Position numbers and translations under genes: made by a program | Part shown: positions 9,006-16,435 of the stretch, piece by piece | Numbering within the stretch: the stretch's first letter is position 1 | Layout: the number at the start of each line of letters is the position of its first letter | The notes under the pieces: model-generated | Seen by the model: the letters and a program-made list of their open reading frames with translations, nothing else | Told to the model about the DNA's origin: nothing | Databases searched by the model: none | From: an uncultured Phycisphaerales bacterium | GTDB lineage: Bacteria; Planctomycetota; B15-G4; CAYZWU01 | DNA: 64,000 bases | Assembly (NCBI GenBank): GCA_964633825.1 | Contig: CAZWHE010000002.1 | Location: 4,653 to 68,652 of the forward strand | Reading direction: 5' to 3'

Positions 9006-9767
9006 TTACTTCGCCTCTTCCGTTGCTTCGACCGGGGCTTCGCTGGCGCCGGCATCGGAATTGTCGCCTGTGCCGCCGCCGGAATTGCTGCTCCGGGGTT
9101 CGATCAGCTTGACGATCTCGTTTTCTTCGCCTTCTTTTTTGAGAACAATCGACTTTCTGTCGATTTTAATGACCCGATATCCTCCGGGAAGGAGGTCCCC
9201 TTCTTTAAGGATGTAACCATCTGCAAGAACACTCGAACGATCTTCCCCCAAGAGAATCCCCCTCACCTTGAGGCTCTCTATCGGGTTTTTGGGGGTTTTC
9301 TTCTCTCGTCCCAACCCGTCTTCGCTTGTTTTCGCGTCCGGCCGAGCCGCCGCTTCCGCTGCCGTATTCTCGTCTTCCGCCCTCACGGTATTGTTCCGGG
9401 GAAGCTCATTTCTCTGTTTCATGATCTTTGTCATGATATCGTCGATTCTTTTGATGATCGACTCCTGTTCTCCTTCTCCTTGGCTATCCCACGCGATTGT
9501 TTTGGTGCTCAAGTCAGGTTCGGCTGTTCCCTCACTGCCATCACCGCTTCCATGACTCACAATCGGCTCCGGTCCCGGTCCCGGACCCTGGTCCTGCTGC
9601 TGATAATTTTCTTCCACCGGTTCTTCGGCCCGGTATTCCGCTTGCCCGCCGCCTTCCGGCGAGCCTCCATCGTCTTTATTCAGGAAGCTGAACGTGTAAT
9701 ACAGAGAGGCCAGCGCCGCTGGAACGAGCACGAAAGTGGCCATCGTTTTTTTGTCCATATTCACCAT
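9006..9767 (-). CDS. PilP/GspC-HR-like protein (N-terminal TM, acidic low-complexity linker, C-terminal beta domain)
   Basis: C-terminal 'LKVRGILLGEDRSSVLADGYILKEGDLLPGGYRVIKIDRKSIVL' resembles the PilP / GspC homology region. Positioned immediately upstream of the secretin. Confidence 0.45.
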   Translation of the reverse strand: MVNMDKKTMATFVLVPAALASLYYTFSFLNKDDGGSPEGGGQAEYRAEEPVEENYQQQDQGPGPGPEPIVSHGSGDGSEGTAEPDLSTKTIAWDSQGEGEQESIIKRIDDIMTKIMKQRNELPRNNTVRAEDENTAAEAAARPDAKTSEDGLGREKKTPKNPIESLKVRGILLGEDRSSVLADGYILKEGDLLPGGYRVIKIDRKSIVLKKEGEENEIVKLIEPRSSNSGGGTGDNSDAGASEAPVEATEEAK

Positions 9768-9769
9768 TT

Positions 9770-10372
9770 CTAAGGTCCTCCCCTCTCCATTCCTTCGCGC
9801 CTCTGGTTTCTGACATCGGCGACGAAATATCCCTGCAGAGAGAGCGTGAATGCGGATAACCCTCGTTTCTCTCTAGACTCCATCACCGAAAACGCCGTGA
9901 CTTGCAAACCGATATCGATTCTTTCGAGAAGGGTGATAAAAAGAAACAAGTCCTCGATAACGGCGTTTCCCTTCATTTCGATTTGAGTGCTGAACAAATC
10001 TTTCCTGCCGATGGCCGTACCGCCGCCGCTGCCCGTTAACTGCTTGATGTTCGTGAACACACATGACTGTGATTCGATCGCGCAGCCTCCGGCAAATTTG
10101 GCGACCATGTTGCGCAGCACGAGAGCGCTGTTGATGCCTTCGAATTTCGTTTTCAAAATGTGTTTTGTGGTTTCTCTTTCACACTTCATCACCCTCTTTT
10201 TTTGATCGAGATCGCTCTTTCTGTTCACGAGCATGTCCAGTTTGTTGTTCGAGTCTTCGAGCTTGCTCTTCGTCGAACAGTAGGACAGAATCGTCGGAAG
10301 GGGAGACAGCGTCACAACAATCAGCAACGGAAGCAGCACAAAAAGAAACCTGTTGCCGATAAACATGGTCAT
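9770..10372 (-). CDS. PilN/PilO/GspM-like bitopic inner-membrane assembly protein (weak)
   Basis: Single N-terminal TM 'FLFVLLPLLIVVTL' followed by a coiled-coil-like segment. It is the first gene of the minus-strand operon. The assignment rests on architecture and position only. Confidence 0.35.
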   Translation of the reverse strand: MTMFIGNRFLFVLLPLLIVVTLSPLPTILSYCSTKSKLEDSNNKLDMLVNRKSDLDQKKRVMKCERETTKHILKTKFEGINSALVLRNMVAKFAGGCAIESQSCVFTNIKQLTGSGGGTAIGRKDLFSTQIEMKGNAVIEDLFLFITLLERIDIGLQVTAFSVMESREKRGLSAFTLSLQGYFVADVRNQRREGMERGGP

Positions 10373-11234
10373 TGCTCCGGTTAACGTTTTAAAACTTCAG
10401 CTTAATATTCGCCTCTTCGAGTGTTTTTTCCACCCGTGCAGACCCCGCGCCTCTTCCTATCGTATATTCGACGCTTTTAAAGAGGCCGCACTCTCTGAGG
10501 TGGGCGATGCAGTTTTCAAAAACAGAAGAATCACCCATGAAATCATCCTTGATCTTTACCGCAAGAACAACATCACGCCCGTCATCGAGCTGCAGTCGAG
10601 CGCGCCGCGAGAAGTGAGCCTGGCCCCCGGCGATGTGATCGATATCAAGTTTTATTACGCCCCGGAGCTCAACGAGAGCCAGCCCGTCCGCCCGGACGGC
10701 GCCGTCTCACTTCAGCTCGTGGGAGACGTCTTCGTACAAGGGCTGAATCCCGCCGAATTACGCAAGAAACTGATGGACCTCTTCGCCCCGCATCTCAGAA
10801 ATCCCGACGCGGCCGTGGTCGTCAGGTCGCTCGTCAACCGCAGGGTCTTTGTCGGGGGGCAGGTCAATGCGCCCGGCCTGATCGAGATGCCGGGCCGGCT
10901 GACCGTTCTCGAAGCCATCATGCAGGCCGGCGGGTTTCACCTCGAGACCGCCGAGGTGTGCAATGTGGTGGTTATCCGCCACAAAGACGGCCGGAGGTAT
11001 GGATGCGCTCTCGATTTCGGCAAGGCCCTGGAGGGAGAGGAATTCCTTCCCTTCTCGCTCGAACCCTATGACATCGTCTATGTGCCGGAAACAACGATCA
11101 CCCGAGTCACCAAGTGGATCGATCAGCATATCAACCAAGTGATTCCAATCGGATTCGTGTCCACTGTATCCCGCGGCGATTCGACATTCGGACTCTCTAC
11201 GGGGACAGGCCCCCGCACCGTTTACCTGCGTTGA
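10353..11234 (+). CDS. Polysaccharide export protein (Wza/GumB-like Poly_export + SLBB); true start unresolved
   Basis: 'SLAPGDVIDIKFYYAPELN...VRPDGAVSLQLVGDVFVQGLNPAELRKKL' and 'VFVGGQVNAPG'. The listed start overlaps the divergent gene by 20 bp and no signal peptide is seen in this frame. Confidence 0.7.
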   Translation: MPINMVIAPVNVLKLQLNIRLFECFFHPCRPRASSYRIFDAFKEAALSEVGDAVFKNRRITHEIILDLYRKNNITPVIELQSSAPREVSLAPGDVIDIKFYYAPELNESQPVRPDGAVSLQLVGDVFVQGLNPAELRKKLMDLFAPHLRNPDAAVVVRSLVNRRVFVGGQVNAPGLIEMPGRLTVLEAIMQAGGFHLETAEVCNVVVIRHKDGRRYGCALDFGKALEGEEFLPFSLEPYDIVYVPETTITRVTKWIDQHINQVIPIGFVSTVSRGDSTFGLSTGTGPRTVYLR

Positions 11235-11253
11235 GGAACAGGATGGAAAACGA

Positions 11254-12918
11254 ATGGCTGAACAATTGATGATCAAAAAGAAGCCGCCGACCTATTCCTC
11301 GCTGAGGGACTATTGCTACGTTGTTTTCCGGCACAAGTGGAAAGCCCTCCTCATCTTCTCGGTTATCTTTACAGCCGCGACTTCTTTCGTTCTGCTTTCC
11401 ACCGACACCTACAGGTCTGAAGCCAAGCTCCTGGTCCGGCTCGGCTGGGAAAGCGTGAACGTCGATCCCACGGCGACAACGGGTGAAAGGGCCGGAAGCG
11501 TTCACCAACCCCAAACGATCCAGCTGAACACGGTGCTCGATATCCTGAAAAGCCAGGCCCTGGCGGGAGAGATCGTGGACAGGATCGGGCCGGAAACGTT
11601 TTCCAGGCCCCTCGAATACAAAAATCCCTACAACAGCGGCGCGGGCTCCGAAAAAAGCGAGCCGATCCTCGTTACGGTCCGTAACTTCCTGAAGAAGGCG
11701 AAGGACGAAGCCGGTGATTTTGTGAAAGGATTGATCACCGGAATCGGAAGCGGTCGGGAACTGAGCCGCCGCGAAAAAGCAATCGGGATACTGATGAACT
11801 CCACGGAAGCCCAGCTTCTGAGAAACACGCATATCATCTCCATCGCCTATACGGCCCAGATCCCGGAGCTGGCCCAGGACGTTGTCAAGGTGCTGACGGA
11901 CCTCTACCTCGAAAAACACAAGCTCGTCTACCGCAATCCGGGCTCCTATGAGTTTCTCAACGAACAATACCAGAAGTCCCGGGCCGAGGTGGACAGGATC
12001 GAATCACATCTGAGGGATTTGAAAAAGGAAAACGGCATTGTGTCGGTGGAACAGAGGCTCGATTTTGTCGAAACCCACGCCCTGACCATAAAGAAAGAGC
12101 TGAACCAGGCCACGGCCGACCTGGCCTCATCGGCGGCCAAGATCGCGGACCTGAAAAAGAAACTGGCCGCGCTTCCGGAAAGGCAGCTGACGGGCGAATC
12201 GACGAGCAAGGATTTCTCGACGATCGACAGCCTTCTCGAACGGCTTCATTCGCTCCGGAACGAGGAACAGGAAGCGCTCGCGAAATTCACCGACGACTCG
12301 GAACCGGTCCGCGTGGTGCGCCGGAAGATCGCCGAGGTCCGGGAACTGCTGAAAAACGAGAAACCGAGAGAGATCAAGTTGGAAACCTGGGGGATCAACA
12401 TGGCCCACCAGGAAGTGGAATCCTCCCTGCGCGCAGAGGAAACAGCTTTGATATCAATGGAGGCCAAGACGGGAGAACTGAAAAAACAGCTGGTCCTCGC
12501 AGAGAAGGAACGGGGGGATCTGCTCGACATGAAATACCGCTTTTGTCAGCTCGAGCTCGATCTGAGCAAAGAAAAGGAGAATTTTTCTCAAATCGCCAAG
12601 AAACTGAACCATGCCAGCATGGAACAGACGCTGGAAGACAAGAGGATCTCGAGCGTCAGCATCATTCAACCCGCCACCTTTCCTTTGCAGCCTGAGGATT
12701 CCAAGAAGATCGTCGTCCTGCTCGTCGGATTCATCGGAGGCCTTGTTGGCGCCGGTGTTCTCGTTTTCGTTTTCGAATCGATGGACCACACGTTCAAAAC
12801 GCTCGAAGAGGTGGAAGAAAACCTGCAGATACCGGTGCTGGTAGCCATTCCACGGGGACGGGTGAATAAAATTTCCATCCCGGCAGAGATGAAGGAACAA
12901 ACAAATGCCAGTGCATGA
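11254..12918 (+). CDS. Polysaccharide chain-length determinant (Wzz/Wzc N-terminal domain, GumC-like)
   Basis: N-terminal TM 'ALLIFSVIFTAATSFVLL', a long coiled-coil periplasmic region, and a C-terminal TM 'IVVLLVGFIGGLVGAGVLVFV'. Confidence 0.75.
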   Translation: MAEQLMIKKKPPTYSSLRDYCYVVFRHKWKALLIFSVIFTAATSFVLLSTDTYRSEAKLLVRLGWESVNVDPTATTGERAGSVHQPQTIQLNTVLDILKSQALAGEIVDRIGPETFSRPLEYKNPYNSGAGSEKSEPILVTVRNFLKKAKDEAGDFVKGLITGIGSGRELSRREKAIGILMNSTEAQLLRNTHIISIAYTAQIPELAQDVVKVLTDLYLEKHKLVYRNPGSYEFLNEQYQKSRAEVDRIESHLRDLKKENGIVSVEQRLDFVETHALTIKKELNQATADLASSAAKIADLKKKLAALPERQLTGESTSKDFSTIDSLLERLHSLRNEEQEALAKFTDDSEPVRVVRRKIAEVRELLKNEKPREIKLETWGINMAHQEVESSLRAEETALISMEAKTGELKKQLVLAEKERGDLLDMKYRFCQLELDLSKEKENFSQIAKKLNHASMEQTLEDKRISSVSIIQPATFPLQPEDSKKIVVLLVGFIGGLVGAGVLVFVFESMDHTFKTLEEVEENLQIPVLVAIPRGRVNKISIPAEMKEQTNASA

Positions 12919-13603
12919 CGAGAAAGCAGCCGGGGATGCCGCAGCGGTATTGAACCTCCCCGTCGAGATCAGGGAGTATTATATCGCTCTCAGGGACCGC
13001 CTTCTTATGTCCGCCGGCGACTCCCGGAACAGGCCGCGCCTGGTCGCCGTCATGAGCTGCAACAGCGGGGAAGGCGTCAGCACGGTCGCCGCCAACCTCG
13101 CCGTGATCCTTGCCCAATACGAAAACGTTCTTCTCGTGGATGCAAACACGAACAACCCCTCGGTACACAACACGTTCGGGATGAATCCTTCTCCCGGGCT
13201 GGTCGATATTCTGCAGTCCGATGAGCAGAAGATCGCGTTGAACAATGTTGCCTGGAACCTCGACGTTCTTTGCGCCGGCCGCATCGACGGTTACGCGCCG
13301 GTCGTGCTCGAATTCCAACAGAGCCTCAACCGGCTCCTGACAGAGTGCAAAAATGACTACAAGTTCATCATACTCGATTCGCCTCCCGTCAACGGAAAGA
13401 GCACGGCGATCCGCCTGGCGAGCCTGGTGGATGACGTGATTCTCGTTATCGAGGCGGAGCGGACAAGGCGGGAAACGGTGCGGCGAGCCAAGGAACAGCT
13501 TCTTCAGGTAAGAGCGAACATACTCGGAATCGTGCTGAACAAGAGACGATTTCCCATTCCGAACTATCTCTATCGCAAGCAAACAGAAATTCGGAGTTAT
13601 TGA
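12905..13603 (+). CDS. Bacterial tyrosine kinase (BY-kinase)-like ATPase domain (CapB/Wzc-C type) with a lysine-less Walker A
   Basis: Aligns to the BY-kinase P-loop region, but 'GEGKST' is replaced by 'GEGVST'. Walker A' is 'VLLVDANTN' (second Asp replaced by Asn). Walker B 'FIILDSPP' is present. The C-terminus 'NYLYRKQTEIRSY' is Tyr-rich. Confidence 0.7.
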   Translation: MPVHDEKAAGDAAAVLNLPVEIREYYIALRDRLLMSAGDSRNRPRLVAVMSCNSGEGVSTVAANLAVILAQYENVLLVDANTNNPSVHNTFGMNPSPGLVDILQSDEQKIALNNVAWNLDVLCAGRIDGYAPVVLEFQQSLNRLLTECKNDYKFIILDSPPVNGKSTAIRLASLVDDVILVIEAERTRRETVRRAKEQLLQVRANILGIVLNKRRFPIPNYLYRKQTEIRSY

Positions 13604-13615
13604 TCAGTAAGAGTC

Positions 13616-14758
13616 ATGGATATGGTTACCGGTAAAATCTGGAAAATCCTGGGTTCCATCTTCCGCCCGGCGCGGGCGCGGAAGGAATTCGGCATCCATT
13701 CCATCGAAGAGTTCGAAACACTGCTCGATCGCGAGAGAACACGCTGTGAACGGAATTCACATCTTTTAACACTCGTAGTCTTCGACGTTTTCGACGCAGT
13801 CGACGTCTCCGACGCAGTCGACGCGGCCCGTGCCGGGAGCTCGTCGGTGAAGCGGATATCGAAAGCCATCACCGGACGGATTCGCTGTATCGACGAAGCC
13901 GGATGGATCGCCGGAGGACGGATCGGCGTCATCCTTCCCGACACTCCCGCAGAGGGTGCGCGGAAATTCGCCGACGACGTGATCGACAGGATCGCATCCC
14001 TGTCGCTGATTCCGCCGAAATACACCATATCGACCTACCCCTCGCAGCGCCGTCCCGGTCGTCGCGCCGGCGCTTCCGATTCCGCCGGGAGTCAAGCGGA
14101 GCCGATGGCTAAACGCGACATGTTCACCTTCCGTATCGTGCCGGCCTGGAAACGCGCCCTCGACTGCACGGCCGCGGCGCTCCTGGTAATTCTGTGTCTC
14201 CCGATCCTCGCGGCCATGGCCCTTTGGATCGCGATCGTCTCGCCGGGGCCCGTCTTTTTCAAACAGGAAAGGATCGGGGCCTGGGGGAGGCCGTTCACCT
14301 GCTGGAAATTCCGCACCATGAAGGTCAACGCCGACAATTCAACGCACAGAGAATATGTCAGGAATCTGATCAAGGACGATCCCGGATCAAGCGGTAATAA
14401 ACCGATGACCAAGCTCGATTCCGGCAGTTCCCTGATCATTCCTTTGGGAAAGCTCATCCGCAAAACCGGTCTCGACGAGCTGCCGCAGCTTTTCAACGTG
14501 CTGCGCGGCGAGATGAGCCTCGTCGGACCCCGCCCCTGCCTTCCATACGAGTACGAAGAATATCGCCTCTGGCACACCAGGAGGTTCGATGCTGTTCCCG
14601 GCCTGACCGGTCTCTGGCAGGTCAGTGGAAAGAACAGGACCACATTCAAGGAAATGATGCGCATGGACATCAATTATTCGAGACGGACATCTCTCTGGCT
14701 CGATTTCAAGATCCTTGTGATGACCATGCCGGCCATCATCGGTCAAATTCTCAGATAA
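13616..14758 (+). CDS. Priming sugar-phosphate transferase (Bac_transf, WbaP/PssY-like) fused to an N-terminal degenerate GGDEF-like domain
   Basis: C-terminal 'LDELPQLFNVLRGEMSLVGPRP' sugar-transferase signature and a TM 'LLVILCLPILAAMALWIAIV'. The N-terminal ~130 aa align to GGDEF ('RCIDEAGWIAGGRIGVILPDTPAEGARKFADDV' versus 'RAIDLPCRYGGEEFVVIMPDTALADALRIAERI'). Confidence 0.75.
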   Translation: MDMVTGKIWKILGSIFRPARARKEFGIHSIEEFETLLDRERTRCERNSHLLTLVVFDVFDAVDVSDAVDAARAGSSSVKRISKAITGRIRCIDEAGWIAGGRIGVILPDTPAEGARKFADDVIDRIASLSLIPPKYTISTYPSQRRPGRRAGASDSAGSQAEPMAKRDMFTFRIVPAWKRALDCTAAALLVILCLPILAAMALWIAIVSPGPVFFKQERIGAWGRPFTCWKFRTMKVNADNSTHREYVRNLIKDDPGSSGNKPMTKLDSGSSLIIPLGKLIRKTGLDELPQLFNVLRGEMSLVGPRPCLPYEYEEYRLWHTRRFDAVPGLTGLWQVSGKNRTTFKEMMRMDINYSRRTSLWLDFKILVMTMPAIIGQILR

Positions 14759-14830
14759 GTTATTTTCTCGTTCTACCGATACAAATCCTGAGAGGAAACT
14801 TTTCGAAAAGGGTTTGAAGGGGACTATGAG

Positions 14831-15850
14831 ATGTCTCAACAGGTGGCAATCGGAGTTGTGGGTGCGGGCTACTGGGGACCGAACCTGATCAGGAATTTTC
14901 GAGCCGTACCCGGATTCCGGGTCAAGTATATCTGCGATATCGATCCCGCCCGGTTGGAGCACATGAACCGGCTCTATCCCGATATCAAGGCAGTCGAGGA
15001 TTTCGAGGTTCTCATCAACGACGACGATCTCGACGCCGTTGCCATTGCCACACCCGTCTCGCTCCATTTCGAGCTGGCCAAGATGAGCCTGCGGGCCGGA
15101 AAACACACCTTCATCGAAAAACCGATGGTCTCGTCGTCCGCCGAAGGACGTGAGCTGATCGATCTGGCCGAGGAAATGAAACGGACGCTCATGGTCGGCC
15201 ACGTCTTCATCTACACCTCGGCGGTCAGAAAAATCAAAGAGATCGTGAACAGCGATGATTTCGGAGAGATCTACTACATCAGCGCGAGGCGCCTGAACCT
15301 CGGCCTGTTTCAGAAAGACATCAATGTGGCATGGGACCTCGCACCCCATGACATTTCGATCATTCTCCACCTCATGGGCCGGCCTCCTAAATCGGTGAAC
15401 TGCCAGGGCAAAGCCCACGTGACACGCGGCATCGAAGACGTGACCAACATGTCGCTCAACTTCTACAACGGGGAATTCGCAACGATCCAGAGCAGCTGGC
15501 TCGATCCCAACAAGATCCGGATCATGACGATTGTGGGCAGCAAGATGATGATCGTCTACGACGACACGGAACCCCTGGAAAAGATCAAGATATACGATAA
15601 AAGGGTCGAGGTCCCGCCCCACTACGACTCGTTCGCCGAGTTCCAGTACTCTTACCATTACGGCGACGTACACTCACCCTATCTCAAGCAGACGGAACCC
15701 CTTCAAGTGGAATGCTGGCACTTTCTCGACTGCATCAAATCCGGCGCCCGGCCGGAATCGGGAGGGCGGGAGGGCCTCGAAGTGATTCAGATCCTCGAAG
15801 CGGCGCAGAAGTCGATCGGGAACTGCGGCGGCAGTGTCGATATTTCGTAA
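14831..15850 (+). CDS. Gfo/Idh/MocA-family NAD(P)-dependent sugar oxidoreductase (WbpB-like)
   Basis: Rossmann motif 'IGVVGAGYWGPNL' and the family-typical 'EKPM' motif. Confidence 0.85.
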   Translation: MSQQVAIGVVGAGYWGPNLIRNFRAVPGFRVKYICDIDPARLEHMNRLYPDIKAVEDFEVLINDDDLDAVAIATPVSLHFELAKMSLRAGKHTFIEKPMVSSSAEGRELIDLAEEMKRTLMVGHVFIYTSAVRKIKEIVNSDDFGEIYYISARRLNLGLFQKDINVAWDLAPHDISIILHLMGRPPKSVNCQGKAHVTRGIEDVTNMSLNFYNGEFATIQSSWLDPNKIRIMTIVGSKMMIVYDDTEPLEKIKIYDKRVEVPPHYDSFAEFQYSYHYGDVHSPYLKQTEPLQVECWHFLDCIKSGARPESGGREGLEVIQILEAAQKSIGNCGGSVDIS

Positions 15851-15931
15851 AAGCCTCTGTTCAACTCATTTCCGGTAAATGCCGATATGAATCGGAAGAA
15901 CCGATAAGTAACAAAAACGGGATGCTCTCTC

Positions 15932-16435
15932 ATGAGTGATGGTGTGCCGGCGACATGCAAGATCGCGTCCGATGTCAAGCTCGGCGACGGCGTGAAGATA
16001 TTCGAATTTGTCAACCTCTACGGGTGCGAGATCGGCGGCGGAACGAAAATCGGCACTTTCGTTGAAATACAGAAGGGCGCCCGGATCGGCAGGAACTGCA
16101 AGATATCGAGCCACACCTTCATCTGCGAAGGCGTTTCCATCGAAGATAACGTTTTCGTGGGCCACAACGTCACTTTCATCAACGACGCTTTTCCAAGGGC
16201 GACGAGAGAAGACGGCTCCCTCCAGACGGAAGAGGACTGGGTCTGCATCGAAACACTTGTCAAGAAGGGCGCCTCGATCGGTTCGAGCGTCACTTTGCTT
16301 TGCGGGATCACGATCGGCGAAAACGCCGTCATCGGAGCGGGGAGTGTCGTGACGGGGAATGTTCCGGCGGACACGATCGTCGCCGGCAATCCCGCACGGG
16401 TGCTCAGAAAAATTAACAAGGTAGAAATCAAATGA
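15932..16435 (+). CDS. Hexapeptide-repeat N-acetyltransferase (WbpD-like, left-handed beta helix)
   Basis: Repeated [LIV]-G-x-x-x-x hexapeptides and a C-terminal 'VAGNPARVL'. Confidence 0.8.
   Translation: MSDGVPATCKIASDVKLGDGVKIFEFVNLYGCEIGGGTKIGTFVEIQKGARIGRNCKISSHTFICEGVSIEDNVFVGHNVTFINDAFPRATREDGSLQTEEDWVCIETLVKKGASIGSSVTLLCGITIGENAVIGAGSVVTGNVPADTIVAGNPARVLRKINKVEIK

Noticed and set aside
14387-15673. Long minus-strand ORF (428 aa) antisense to the Gfo/Idh/MocA gene.
   Set aside because: The sense strand encodes a textbook Rossmann oxidoreductase. The antisense product is Asp/Val/His/Gly-rich with no motif. This is a typical high-GC shadow ORF.

The same applies to these ORFs:

- 3573-5096 (+)
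- 7290-8408 (+)
- 16018-17385 (-)
- 17629-18855 (-)
- 20609-21577 (-)
- 22006-23109 (-)
- 30955-32268 (-)
- 33414-34319 (+)
- 37622-38911 (-)
- 40821-42167 (-)
- 47563-49119 (-)
- 49208-50155 (-)
- 57348-59375 (+)
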